IMG/VR virus record: IMGVR_UViG_3300023174_000061
DNA length: 64,000 nucleotides
From: a virus
Direction: 5' to 3' (one strand)
Shown here: piece by piece, positions 8,137 through 16,984 of the stretch
How positions within the stretch are numbered: position 1 is the first letter of the stretch
How the letters are laid out: every line of letters begins with the position of its first letter
Position numbers and translations under genes: made by a program
Notes under the pieces: model-generated
Database searches by the model: none
What the model was told of the DNA's origin: nothing
Seen by the model: only the letters and a program-made list of their open reading frames with translations

Positions 8137-9720
8137 ATGAAAATCAAACAACTGATGCTTGCACCTGTTGCTCTTGGTATGATTGCTCCTGTTGCTGCGA
8201 ATGCCGCAGACCTTAACTTGGCAGCAGTCAATCAATACTCAACTGGAGAACAGGTTTCAAGCGTCACACAATTGTCTGATGTTCGTCCTACGGATTGGGC
8301 ATACCAGGCACTCAGCAATCTTGTTGAGAAATATGGTTGCGTTGCAGGTTATCCCAACGGAACTTTCCGTGGCGGTAAGTCAATGACACGTTTTGAGGCA
8401 GCAGCTCTTCTGAATGCTTGTCTTGATCGTGTAACTGAAACCACAGATGAACTTAAAAAACTTCTTGCTGAGTTTGATACAGAACTCACAATTCTGACTG
8501 CTCGTGTGGATGGTCTTGAGAACAAAGTTCGTACCCTTCAGGCACAACAATTCTCTACTACCACTAAACTGTCTGGTGAAGCAAGTATGATCCTGGGAGG
8601 TATTCCTGGATATACTGCTGCTGGTGTAAAAGGTTATGGAAACACAACCTTTAACTATGACCTTCGTATCAACCTTGATACATCATATACTGGTCAAGAT
8701 TTGCTGCGTACTCGTCTGCGTACTGGTAACTTCTCCAAGTATCCTTTTGGTACTGCCACTAACAACATCTTCAAACTTGATAAAGCAGAAGATTGGAATA
8801 ATGCAGTCTATGTTGATCGTTTATACTACCAATTCCCTGTTGGTAAGAATCAAGCAACCAAACTGACGATTGGTGCTCTGGTTCGTAACACTGAGATGGC
8901 ATGGATTCCAACTGCATATAAGTCAAACATCCTTGATGTGTTTGCTGTTGGTGGTGCTGGTGCTGTCTATAATAAGGCAACTGGTGAAGGTGTTGGTCTG
9001 CAATGGAAGCAACCTGTTGCAAAAGGCAAACCTGGATTTGTCTTTAATGCCAACTATGTTGTGAATGGTTCTGCCGTAAACAGTTCCAATACAACTTGTA
9101 CTGCTGGTTGTAAGAATGGTGCATCAGGTTCTGATAGTTCCTATGGTGTCTTCAATTCTGAGTCTGGTATCAACATCCTGACCCAACTTGGTTATAAGGC
9201 ACCTCAATGGGGTGCAGCAGTTGGTTATCGTTATGGCACTACTCAGTCTGGTGTTCGTGATGGTAATGGTGTTGCAGGTAGTGCTCTTGGTCTCGGTCAG
9301 TATTCCAATGCTGTTGCTGTCAACGGTTATTGGCAACCCAAGAAAACTGGTGCAGTTCCCTCAGTCAGCGTAGGTTATGCTTATAACTTTGTTGAAGGTA
9401 ACTCCACTTCTACTGGTGCAACTGCTCAGAAACAAGCACAATCTTCCAGGTCTTGGATGGTTGGTCTTCAGTGGGATGATGCCTTTATCAAGGGTAATGC
9501 CGCTGGTATTGCTTTCGGGCAACCTGCAAACTCTGCTGGTGCTTCTGGTAACAATCCTTGGTTGGTTGAGTGGTTCTATAAGTACCAAGTATCTGACAAC
9601 ATCTCAGTTACTCCTGCTCTGTTCTATGCATCTGGTTCAAGCAATTCAACCACGAATGCTGCTGCACAACCTATGTTCAATGGTTTGGGTGGCGTAATTC
9701 AGACAACCTTCAAGTTCTGA
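8137..9720 (+). CDS. Cyanobacterial Som-type outer-membrane porin (SLH + coiled coil + OprB-type barrel)
   Basis: Signal peptide. SLH motif LSDVRPTDWAYQALSNLVEKYGCVAGYPNGTFRG, then FSTTTKLSGE and C-terminal TTFKF. Confidence 0.93.
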   Translation: MKIKQLMLAPVALGMIAPVAANAADLNLAAVNQYSTGEQVSSVTQLSDVRPTDWAYQALSNLVEKYGCVAGYPNGTFRGGKSMTRFEAAALLNACLDRVTETTDELKKLLAEFDTELTILTARVDGLENKVRTLQAQQFSTTTKLSGEASMILGGIPGYTAAGVKGYGNTTFNYDLRINLDTSYTGQDLLRTRLRTGNFSKYPFGTATNNIFKLDKAEDWNNAVYVDRLYYQFPVGKNQATKLTIGALVRNTEMAWIPTAYKSNILDVFAVGGAGAVYNKATGEGVGLQWKQPVAKGKPGFVFNANYVVNGSAVNSSNTTCTAGCKNGASGSDSSYGVFNSESGINILTQLGYKAPQWGAAVGYRYGTTQSGVRDGNGVAGSALGLGQYSNAVAVNGYWQPKKTGAVPSVSVGYAYNFVEGNSTSTGATAQKQAQSSRSWMVGLQWDDAFIKGNAAGIAFGQPANSAGASGNNPWLVEWFYKYQVSDNISVTPALFYASGSSNSTTNAAAQPMFNGLGGVIQTTFKF

Positions 9721-9746
9721 TAACCTCTAAGGTATAATATCCATTT

Positions 9747-9768
9747 ATCCCCCGCAAGGGGGATTTTT
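9747..9768 (+). terminator. Intrinsic terminator
   Basis: ATCCCCC-GCAA-GGGGGAT-TTTT. Confidence 0.8.
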
Positions 9769-9808
9769 GGTATTTAGTCATTTATAAATACTTGAAAAGT
9801 ATAGTATA

Positions 9809-10243
9809 ATGGAAAAGTTGTTTAAACAATTGAGTGATGCTCAGGCATCACTTTTTGTTCTATTCCAAAAGACTTGGATTTATCACTGGGATGTTGTGGG
9901 TCCTGATTTTCAACAACTTCATACTCTCTTCGGTGGACAGTATGAAACCATGTTTGAAGAGATTGATACTCTTACAGAACATATGAGATATTTGGGTATG
10001 AAACCAGTCAGCACTCTTACTAGAGTTGTGGAAGTTTCAGAAATCAAAGAAGCACAAAGTTCAATTGGTGCTAATGGAATGATTACTGATTTGCTTGATA
10101 GCAATAAGAAACTTGTTGAGATGCTTACGATAATATCGGAAGAAGCAGATAGTCAAAAGCAATATGCAACTTCAAACTTAGTTCAAAGTTTTATGGAGAC
10201 ACACGGTAAATTTGTTTGGATGTTGAGATCTTTTCTTGAATGA
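9809..10243 (+). CDS. dps: Dps (ferritin-like DNA protection protein)
   Basis: YHWDVVGPDFQQLHTLF, IDTLTEH and HGKFVWML motifs. Late promoter TATAAATA at 9783-90. Confidence 0.9.
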   Translation: MEKLFKQLSDAQASLFVLFQKTWIYHWDVVGPDFQQLHTLFGGQYETMFEEIDTLTEHMRYLGMKPVSTLTRVVEVSEIKEAQSSIGANGMITDLLDSNKKLVEMLTIISEEADSQKQYATSNLVQSFMETHGKFVWMLRSFLE

Positions 10244-10294
10244 AAATTAATGGTATAATTGAAATACTTGATTAATTAAAACGGATGAATCAAA

Positions 10295-10549
10295 ATGTTA
10301 AAGGTCAGATGCAAAATGTGCAACAAAGAGTTGCATTCGCACCCAACGCAGACTAAGTGTTGTGGATGCGACAATTTAACCACAGTAAAAGATGATAAAA
10401 TTACTGCATTAGATTTGAGTTTGGTGGAGTTAATATCAAAACCAGATCAAAAAAATAATTCTTCTTCTCTTTTTACAAGAGAAGATCTTGCCTATCAAGA
10501 AGCAAGAAGAAACCGTAAAGTTAGAAAAATGGAGTTTGAAATTAAATGA
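10295..10549 (+). CDS. Zn-ribbon hypothetical protein
   Basis: CxxC ... CGC pattern. Confidence 0.7.
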   Translation: MLKVRCKMCNKELHSHPTQTKCCGCDNLTTVKDDKITALDLSLVELISKPDQKNNSSSLFTREDLAYQEARRNRKVRKMEFEIK

Positions 10550-10704
10550 GTTGGGAATCCCCAAAACTTTCAAAAAATGATATTGAATTGCTTACTGTAT
10601 CATTGGATGATTATATTTTTTATGCTAAACAAGATGGTGGACCAGATACAAAAGATGTAGAACGTCTTTTGATTAGATTGGAAGATCATTTAGATAAGTT
10701 TTGA
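10546..10704 (+). CDS. Hypothetical protein (52 aa)
   Basis: ATGA overlap with the upstream stop; begins MSWESPKLSK. Confidence 0.55.
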   Translation: MSWESPKLSKNDIELLTVSLDDYIFYAKQDGGPDTKDVERLLIRLEDHLDKF

Positions 10705-10765
10705 TTTTCACACAGTTGTAAAACTTAATAATTATAAATTATAGTATCTCATTGATACAAAACAA

Positions 10766-10915
10766 ATGGATCAACACACCTACGATAATTGGGTGAAGAT
10801 AAAAGAAACATTTGAAATGTCTGGAAATATGAAAAATATGTTTTACTTAAGAGCATGTGAAATTGTAAAAACAAAAAGAGACCCTCTTGCTAAATTTCTT
10901 GGGGATCAAAAATAA
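10766..10915 (+). CDS. Small hypothetical protein (49 aa)
   Basis: MDQHTYDNWVKIKETFE...FYLRACEIVK, resembling small cyanomyovirus ORFs. Confidence 0.6.
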   Translation: MDQHTYDNWVKIKETFEMSGNMKNMFYLRACEIVKTKRDPLAKFLGDQK

Positions 10916-10918
10916 GTC

Positions 10919-10947
10919 TTGACGGACTTCCTAATACCTGATATGAT
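10919..10947 (+). promoter_or_regulatory. Sigma70-type early promoter
   Basis: TTGACG-N17-TATGAT. Confidence 0.75.
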
Positions 10948-10959
10948 AACCTTATATTA

Positions 10960-11178
10960 ATGAAACGAATGGAAAAGTTTACAGTAGAAGAATTTCAATC
11001 GGACTTTGATAATCTACTAGAGAGAGTAGAGAATGGAGAGTCTTTTATCATAACCGATCAGGGAAAAGAAGTTGTCATAATACCCGCAAAAGATTATGAG
11101 TACATTGTAGATACCGTTGATGGTATTGTGGATGAAGAAGTCATACGTATCCACACTGATCACGAAGAAGGTTCGTGA
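10960..11178 (+). CDS. Orphan Phd/YefM-family antitoxin-like protein
   Basis: FTVEEFQSDFDNLLERVENGESFIITDQGKEVVII matches the Phd N-terminal pattern. No adjacent toxin gene. Confidence 0.7.
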   Translation: MKRMEKFTVEEFQSDFDNLLERVENGESFIITDQGKEVVIIPAKDYEYIVDTVDGIVDEEVIRIHTDHEEGS

Positions 11179-11184
11179 TTTCTT

Positions 11185-11272
11185 GCGAGTGAGACTTGGT
11201 AGTCAGAGGAGTTTTATAAACTCTTTCCGCCAGATTAGCGGCTTTGACCTGGTTCGAATCCAGGCACTCGTA
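11185..11272 (+). tRNA. Atypical tRNA with TAT anticodon (Ile-like) and long variable arm
   Basis: Acceptor GCGAGTG/CACTCGT+A; D arm GACT-TGGT-AGTC; anticodon arm GGAGT-TT TAT AA-ACTCT; variable arm CCGC-N7-GCGG; T arm CCTGG-TTCGAAT-CCAGG. Confidence 0.75.
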
Positions 11273-11274
11273 CT

Positions 11275-11395
11275 AGTCTCGGGATGACTTAAAAAGCGCA
11301 CTGGTCGGGACCCCCTCGAAGTCACGGAGAGACTTTAAAAGTACTGGTGGAGTCAATTATGACCCTGTTTTTTTCTTGCTTTTTTCAAGAGCAAG
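11275..11395 (+). ncRNA. Structured RNA, 5' part (tandem hairpin/A-rich/UGG modules; possibly manA-motif related)
   Basis: Two AGTC-nCGG..-GACT-(T)TAAAA..CTGGT modules directly after the tRNA, then a CTTGCT/AGCAAG stem. Confidence 0.55.
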
Positions 11396-11435
11396 TATCC
11401 CATATAAATAAATGTAGTTGTATGGGATATATTCT

Positions 11436-11870
11436 ATGCCTACTAGAGAACAAAAATTAGAAGCAAAAAGAAGATACTATCAAAAAAACAAAAATAAAAT
11501 CAATCAAGAGTCTAGAGAAATCAACACCAGATTGAGATATGAGAAAAAGAATTTCATTATAGAAAATCTTGGTTCTAAATGTTGTGAGTGTGGGACTACC
11601 GATTGTCTAGAAATAGACCATATTAATCCTGGACTAAAAAAAGATAGAAGATGTCTTTATGTTTGTTCTTGGAATAGAATAAAAAGTGAGATGGATAATC
11701 TTCAACTTCTCTGCACTTATTGTCATCATAAAAAATCGCAATTACAGAGAGATACTGCTTGGTTTTGTTTCAAGTCTCTTCCGTTAGAAGAACAAGAAAA
11801 CTTAATGAATCAGTATGAAAAAGAAGGTTCCACTTTACCTTCTTGGTCCCCACAAGATAAGGGACAATAA
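11436..11870 (+). CDS. HNH endonuclease inserted in the structured RNA locus
   Basis: CCECG...LEIDHINP...NLQLLCTYCH. Own late promoter at 11403-10 inside an RBS-sequestering hairpin (11396-11429). Confidence 0.85.
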   Translation: MPTREQKLEAKRRYYQKNKNKINQESREINTRLRYEKKNFIIENLGSKCCECGTTDCLEIDHINPGLKKDRRCLYVCSWNRIKSEMDNLQLLCTYCHHKKSQLQRDTAWFCFKSLPLEEQENLMNQYEKEGSTLPSWSPQDKGQ

Positions 11871-11945
11871 AAATTCTTGTTGGTGCGGATGGGACTCTCT
11901 CCCGCCTGGTTTCCAATTTCCAGTTAAAGAATTGGTGGCGTGCAT
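11846..11945 (+). ncRNA. wcaG-motif-like RNA (two pseudoknots, each followed by UGGYG)
   Basis: GTCCC/GGGAC plus ACAAGA/TCTTGT, then TGGTG. CTGG/CCAG plus CCAATT/AATTGG, then TGGCG. Lies upstream of gmd, as is typical of cyanophage wcaG RNAs. Confidence 0.7.
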
Positions 11946-11957
11946 GAAAGACCTAAC

Positions 11958-11993
11958 GGGAGAGTTGCATAAACTCTCCTTTTTTGGTATGAT
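11958..11993 (+). terminator. Intrinsic terminator overlapping a sigma70-type promoter for gmd
   Basis: GGAGAGTT..AACTCTCC-T6 hairpin; TTGCAT-N17-TATGAT at 11965-93. Confidence 0.65.
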
Positions 11994-12013
11994 AGTAAAA
12001 AATATTTTATTAT

Positions 12014-13015
12014 ATGAAAGTTGCTTTAATTACTGGTATTACAGGTCAAGATGGATCTTATCTTGCTGAATTGCTCCTAGAAAAAGGATATGAAGTTCAT
12101 GGTATTATTCGTCGTTGTTCTCTCATTAATACCCATCGTATCGATCATATTTACAATAAATTAAAGTTGCACTATGGAGATCTAACTGATTCAACAAATC
12201 TTGTTAGAGTTATTAAGTTGGTTCAGCCTGATGAGATTTATAATCTTGGTGCTCAAAGTCATGTAAAGGTTTCTTTTGAGATGCCTGAATATACAGGACA
12301 AACAGATGCATTAGGAACTTTGCGTGTTCTTGAAGCAGTTCGTTTGCTTGGGATGGAAGATAATGTTCGTATCTATCAAGCATCTACTAGTGAAATGTTT
12401 GGATTAGTTCAAGAAGTTCCACAGAAAGAGACAACACCATTTTATCCCCGTTCTCCTTATGGATGTGCTAAAGTTTATGGATATTGGATTACAAAGAACT
12501 ATCGTGAGGCATATGGAATGTATGCTTGTACTGGTATTCTCTTTAACCACGAATCTCCAAGACGAGGTGAGACATTTGTAACTCGTAAAATTACTCAGGC
12601 ATTTTCTCGTATTTCTGTTGGTATGCAAGATTGTTTATATCTTGGTAATCTCAATGCAAAACGTGACTGGGGACATGCTAAAGATTTTGTTGAAGTTATG
12701 TGGTTGATGCTTCAACAAGATGATCCTGATGATTTTGTAATTGCGACTGGAAAGCAGTATTCAGTAAAAGAATTTGTAAATGCTGCTGGACCTTATTTTG
12801 GTCTTCATATCGAATGGGAAGGAGAAGGACTTGAAGAGGTTGGGGTCGAAAAATTCAGCAGAATACCAATCATTCGTGTCAATCCTAAATATTTTAGACC
12901 GACTGAAGTAGAGACTTTATTAGGTGATGCCTCTAAGGCAAAAGAAAAACTAGGTTGGGAACCTAAGATTTCTTTCGAACAATTAGTTGAGGATATGTGT
13001 ATTCATGGACAGTGA
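12014..13015 (+). CDS. gmd: GDP-mannose 4,6-dehydratase
   Basis: [41 protein letters not shown]. Confidence 0.97.
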   Translation: MKVALITGITGQDGSYLAELLLEKGYEVHGIIRRCSLINTHRIDHIYNKLKLHYGDLTDSTNLVRVIKLVQPDEIYNLGAQSHVKVSFEMPEYTGQTDALGTLRVLEAVRLLGMEDNVRIYQASTSEMFGLVQEVPQKETTPFYPRSPYGCAKVYGYWITKNYREAYGMYACTGILFNHESPRRGETFVTRKITQAFSRISVGMQDCLYLGNLNAKRDWGHAKDFVEVMWLMLQQDDPDDFVIATGKQYSVKEFVNAAGPYFGLHIEWEGEGLEEVGVEKFSRIPIIRVNPKYFRPTEVETLLGDASKAKEKLGWEPKISFEQLVEDMCIHGQ

Positions 13016-13934
13016 TAGTAAGATTTTGGTTGCTGGTGCCAATGGAATGGTTGGATCTGCAATTGTAAGAAACTTGAGAAAGAAAGGGTGCTCTAACATT
13101 ATTGAAGCAACTCGTAATAGAGTTGACTTTACCGATCAAGAGGAAACCAAAGAATTTTTTGAAAGAAACAAACCTGAGTATGTGTTTGTTGCTGCTGCCA
13201 AAGTTGGTGGTATTATGGCAAACAATAATTACAAAGGAGATTTTCTGTATCAGAACCTAATGATTCAGAACAATATTATTCACTACTCCATGGTTAATGA
13301 TGTAACTAAACTTCTATTTCTTGGTTCTTCTTGTATCTATCCTAAGTTTGCTACTCAACCAATCACAGAAGATCAGTTGATGAATGGTTCTCTGGAACCC
13401 ACGAATGATGCATATGCAATTGCAAAGATTGCTGGAATTAAACTTTGCCAATCATACAGAGAACAGTATGGGTTCAATGCCATCTCATTAATGCCAACAA
13501 ATCTTTATGGTCCTAATGATAACTTTGATTTAGAAACTTCACATGTTCTCCCTGCACTTATCTCTAAGTTTCATATTGCAAAAGAATCACATGCTCCTGT
13601 AGTAATATGTTGGGGAGATGGTTCTGCAATGAGGGAGTTTCTACATGTTGATGATTTGGCAGAAGCATGTTTTTCCTGTATGCAAAACTATGATGATCCA
13701 GAACATATCAATATTGGAACTGGTGAAGATGTTAGAATATGGGAACTTGCAAAAATTATTTCTGATGTAGTTGGTTTTTCTGGGGAGATTTTGTGGGACT
13801 TTACTAAACCTAATGGAACTCCAAGAAAAGTTCTAAACGTGAATAAAATCAAATCTCTTGGTTGGGAACCTAAAATTAGTCTTCGTGAAGGTGTCGAAGC
13901 AACTTATGACTGGTATAAAAGACATTATGAATAA
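13005..13934 (+). CDS. fcl: GDP-L-fucose synthase
   Basis: [37 protein letters not shown]. Confidence 0.96.
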   Translation: MDSDSKILVAGANGMVGSAIVRNLRKKGCSNIIEATRNRVDFTDQEETKEFFERNKPEYVFVAAAKVGGIMANNNYKGDFLYQNLMIQNNIIHYSMVNDVTKLLFLGSSCIYPKFATQPITEDQLMNGSLEPTNDAYAIAKIAGIKLCQSYREQYGFNAISLMPTNLYGPNDNFDLETSHVLPALISKFHIAKESHAPVVICWGDGSAMREFLHVDDLAEACFSCMQNYDDPEHINIGTGEDVRIWELAKIISDVVGFSGEILWDFTKPNGTPRKVLNVNKIKSLGWEPKISLREGVEATYDWYKRHYE

Positions 13935-14697
13935 ATTAGATAAATTTCCAAAAATTTATTGTGCTAGTTTATTTGAATCTGAAGATAGAAGGAAAAATTT
14001 TAAAAATCAATTTTTGAAATATAATATTGAAGATATTAATTTTCTTTTATCCGAAAGACAATTAGAAAATGATTCTAGTGTTATTGGAAAATATAAATTT
14101 GTAATGGATTTGGGGACTATAGGTGCTACTGTGTCTCATTTAAAAATGATAAAAAAATGGTATGATGAAACTGATGAATCATATGCTTTTTTTTGTGAAG
14201 ATGATTTGAGTTTACAAACAGTACAGTATTGGAATTTTAATTGGAATGATTTTTTAATTGAATTATCAGATAATTGGGATTGTATTCAATTGATGTGTAT
14301 TGGGAAAAATTTAAATTCAATTAAATTGAGAAGAAGATATTGGGATGATTGGTCTGTTGGTGCATATCTAATTTCTAGAAAGTATGCTAAAATATTAATA
14401 GATAGTTTTATATCTAATGAAAAATTTTTATTAGAATATCCAGAAGAACATTACTGGGCACCATTGGCAGAAAACTTAATTTATTATGCACCAAGATCTG
14501 TTATAGATCAAAACATTTTATATAATGTTTATACTTTTCCTCTTTTTGTTGAATCAATTGAATTTATTTCAACATTTCATGGAAAGTCATTGGAAGAAAA
14601 ATATAAAGAGGATCATTTGGAATCTCACATTGAAGTTTTGAAGTGGTGGAAAAATATTGGTAAAGATTTAACTTTAAATGAATTATTAAATAAATGA
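13927..14697 (+). CDS. Glycosyltransferase, GT25-like
   Basis: SL..S.DRR, GATVSHL, FCEDD, AYLISR..A. Confidence 0.75.
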   Translation: MNKLDKFPKIYCASLFESEDRRKNFKNQFLKYNIEDINFLLSERQLENDSSVIGKYKFVMDLGTIGATVSHLKMIKKWYDETDESYAFFCEDDLSLQTVQYWNFNWNDFLIELSDNWDCIQLMCIGKNLNSIKLRRRYWDDWSVGAYLISRKYAKILIDSFISNEKFLLEYPEEHYWAPLAENLIYYAPRSVIDQNILYNVYTFPLFVESIEFISTFHGKSLEEKYKEDHLESHIEVLKWWKNIGKDLTLNELLNK

Positions 14698-15359
14698 AAT
14701 TTCTTACGTTTTTGAATAGTGGATGTGTAGACATCTGTAAGAACATGTTGATTTCTGCTGAGAATGTTGGAATTGATATGGATGATTTTTATATTGCTTG
14801 TTTAGATTCTAATGCATATGAAAATTTAAAAGAATATAAAAATGCTTTTCTTCATATAGATCAACCAATCACAGAATATCAAAATTGGACTTTTGATAAA
14901 GAAAGTGGTTTTAGAAATATTGTTAAAATCAAATGGTCTATTATTAAAAAAATTTATCAAGAAAATAAAAATCTTTGTTGGGTAGATACTGATATTGTAT
15001 TTGTTGAAAATCCAATTGAAATCATTGAAGGAAATGAAGAAGTTTTATTTCAATCTGATAGTCCAGGTTCCACTCTTTGTTCTGGATTTATGGTTTTTAA
15101 TGATACCAAAGAATGTGAATCTTTGGTAAATGAATGTGGATCCAATGAAATAGAAGACGACCAATTAATTGTAAATGAGATTGCTTTAACAAAATATAGA
15201 GATCATATTGCAATATTGAGTCCTGATTTATTTCCCAACGGACATGTATATTATAATGAAGGAAGGAAAGAAAATGCTGTAATAGTTCATAATAATTGGA
15301 TGGTAGGTGTAGAAGAAAAGACTAAAAGATTTAAGGAGGAGAAATTATGGTTCTTATGA
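14694..15359 (+). CDS. Nucleotide-diphospho-sugar transferase (GT77-like)
   Basis: WVDTDIVFVENP, CSGF, DDQ, HNNW..G...K. Confidence 0.8.
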   Translation: MKFLTFLNSGCVDICKNMLISAENVGIDMDDFYIACLDSNAYENLKEYKNAFLHIDQPITEYQNWTFDKESGFRNIVKIKWSIIKKIYQENKNLCWVDTDIVFVENPIEIIEGNEEVLFQSDSPGSTLCSGFMVFNDTKECESLVNECGSNEIEDDQLIVNEIALTKYRDHIAILSPDLFPNGHVYYNEGRKENAVIVHNNWMVGVEEKTKRFKEEKLWFL

Positions 15360-16210
15360 ATAATGATGCATTGAGACCTGCATCTATTTCTCCCATATAC
15401 CCTCCATATCATACAGGAGAATATCTTGAAGAGTATTTCTTCAAAAGATGGAATGAAGAAAATATTCAAACTGATAGACAGTATATTGATGTTTTTTGGA
15501 CTAATAATTTTTGCAATTCTATGTTTGCTGGACAACAGTATGAAAACGTTCAAGAGCAATTAGATAATACTCTTTCATCTGATGGGAAATATTTTACAGT
15601 ATCACAATTTGATGATGGTCCTTTTGAAAAATTTCCAGAAGATACTTTGATTTTTTCTGCTGGTGGAAATCGTGAGGGGGATAATATTATTCCTATTCCT
15701 TTAATTTGTAGTTCTATTCCAAACGAATTAATTCCAAATAAAGAAAAAACTATTCTTGCTTCTTTTGTTGGTTCTAGAGATACTCATCCAATTCGTATGG
15801 ATATGTGTAATTATTTGTCTGGAAAGGAAGGATATAAAATTTCTGCTGGAAACTGGTCCACAGAAGTCCCTATGGACAACTTCAAAAGATTTCTGGATAT
15901 AACCTGCTCTAGTAAATTTGGACTTGCTCCAAGGGGTTATGGGAAGAGTAGTTTTAGAATGTATGAAATTCTTCAATTAGGAACTGTTCCAGTTTATATT
16001 TCAGATGTTCATTACCTTCCTTGGACTGATGAATTGGATTGGAATGATTTTTGTGTTCCTGTAAATGAAGATGAGATTAAAGACATTGATGCTATACTAA
16101 AATCAATAGATGATGTAGAATATACTAAATTGTTGGAAAATGGAAGAAAAGTATATGAAGAGTATTTTACTCTCGAAGGAATATTTAAAAACATCACAAA
16201 AAGGATATAG
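15347..16210 (+). CDS. Exostosin-family (GT47-like) glycosyltransferase
   Basis: SKFGLAPRGYG.SSFRMYE.LQLGTVPVYISD...LP...ELDW. Confidence 0.85.
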   Translation: MVLMNNDALRPASISPIYPPYHTGEYLEEYFFKRWNEENIQTDRQYIDVFWTNNFCNSMFAGQQYENVQEQLDNTLSSDGKYFTVSQFDDGPFEKFPEDTLIFSAGGNREGDNIIPIPLICSSIPNELIPNKEKTILASFVGSRDTHPIRMDMCNYLSGKEGYKISAGNWSTEVPMDNFKRFLDITCSSKFGLAPRGYGKSSFRMYEILQLGTVPVYISDVHYLPWTDELDWNDFCVPVNEDEIKDIDAILKSIDDVEYTKLLENGRKVYEEYFTLEGIFKNITKRI

Positions 16211-16213
16211 TTT

Positions 16214-16984
16214 ATGAAAACCTATTATGATAAGTTAAAAGAATTACTTACTCCTTATGATCTTGGTTTTACCAAAATGAGAATTGGTCCTCATTGTGAT
16301 GGAGGATATGTAATTTATCAAGAACCATTATTGAAAACTAATAATGTTTATTCACTTGGAATTGGACCAGTTTGTGGATCTGATTTTCAATTAGCACAAA
16401 TGGGAAAAATCATACACATGTATGATGCAGAACCTTTTTACCATAATGAGCATCCAAACTATCGGTTTAAACAAATTTATGTAACATCAGAAGTTTTTGA
16501 TGCCGAACTTGATACAGTGAATGATACTAATCTTTTGATGTGTATTGATATAGAAGGAGGTGAATATGAGATTTTGCCTAATATGAAAGAAGAAAATCTT
16601 TTAAAGTTTTCTCAGATTTCTATTGAAATTCACTGGATAGGTGGTGAAAATCGTATTGTAAATGGAGTTCCACAGAATGGTGGAAGAGCACTTGGTGATA
16701 ATGGTGAATGCGTTATTAAATTGCTTGAAAAATTAAATAAGCATTTTTATCTTTACCACATTCATATTAATAATGGTGCTAATCCTTTTGAAAATTTCCC
16801 TGATGTGATTGAATGTTCCTATCTTAGAAAAGATTTATGCACACAAGTTGATAAAGAGTTTTCAATGCATTTAGTTACTATACATAAAGAAACTAAATCA
16901 TATCCTTTGGATGGTTTAGATTATCCAAACTATACAGGACCAAGTAATTTGGCAGTAAATCCTGAATTTAATTGGTGGTTATGA
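16214..16984 (+). CDS. FkbM-like methyltransferase
   Basis: RIG...DGGY, YSLGI, IDIEGGEY, QISIEIH. Confidence 0.75.
   Translation: MKTYYDKLKELLTPYDLGFTKMRIGPHCDGGYVIYQEPLLKTNNVYSLGIGPVCGSDFQLAQMGKIIHMYDAEPFYHNEHPNYRFKQIYVTSEVFDAELDTVNDTNLLMCIDIEGGEYEILPNMKEENLLKFSQISIEIHWIGGENRIVNGVPQNGGRALGDNGECVIKLLEKLNKHFYLYHIHINNGANPFENFPDVIECSYLRKDLCTQVDKEFSMHLVTIHKETKSYPLDGLDYPNYTGPSNLAVNPEFNWWL

Noticed and set aside
10744-10758. Possible NtcA box GTATCTCATTGATAC
   Set aside because: The spacing is N9, not N8.
11208-11224. Ochre-suppressor (TTA) reading of the tRNA, which would explain the TAA at 21959
   Set aside because: The 7-nt loop TTTATAA centres on TAT, and TAA is the commonest true stop in the window.
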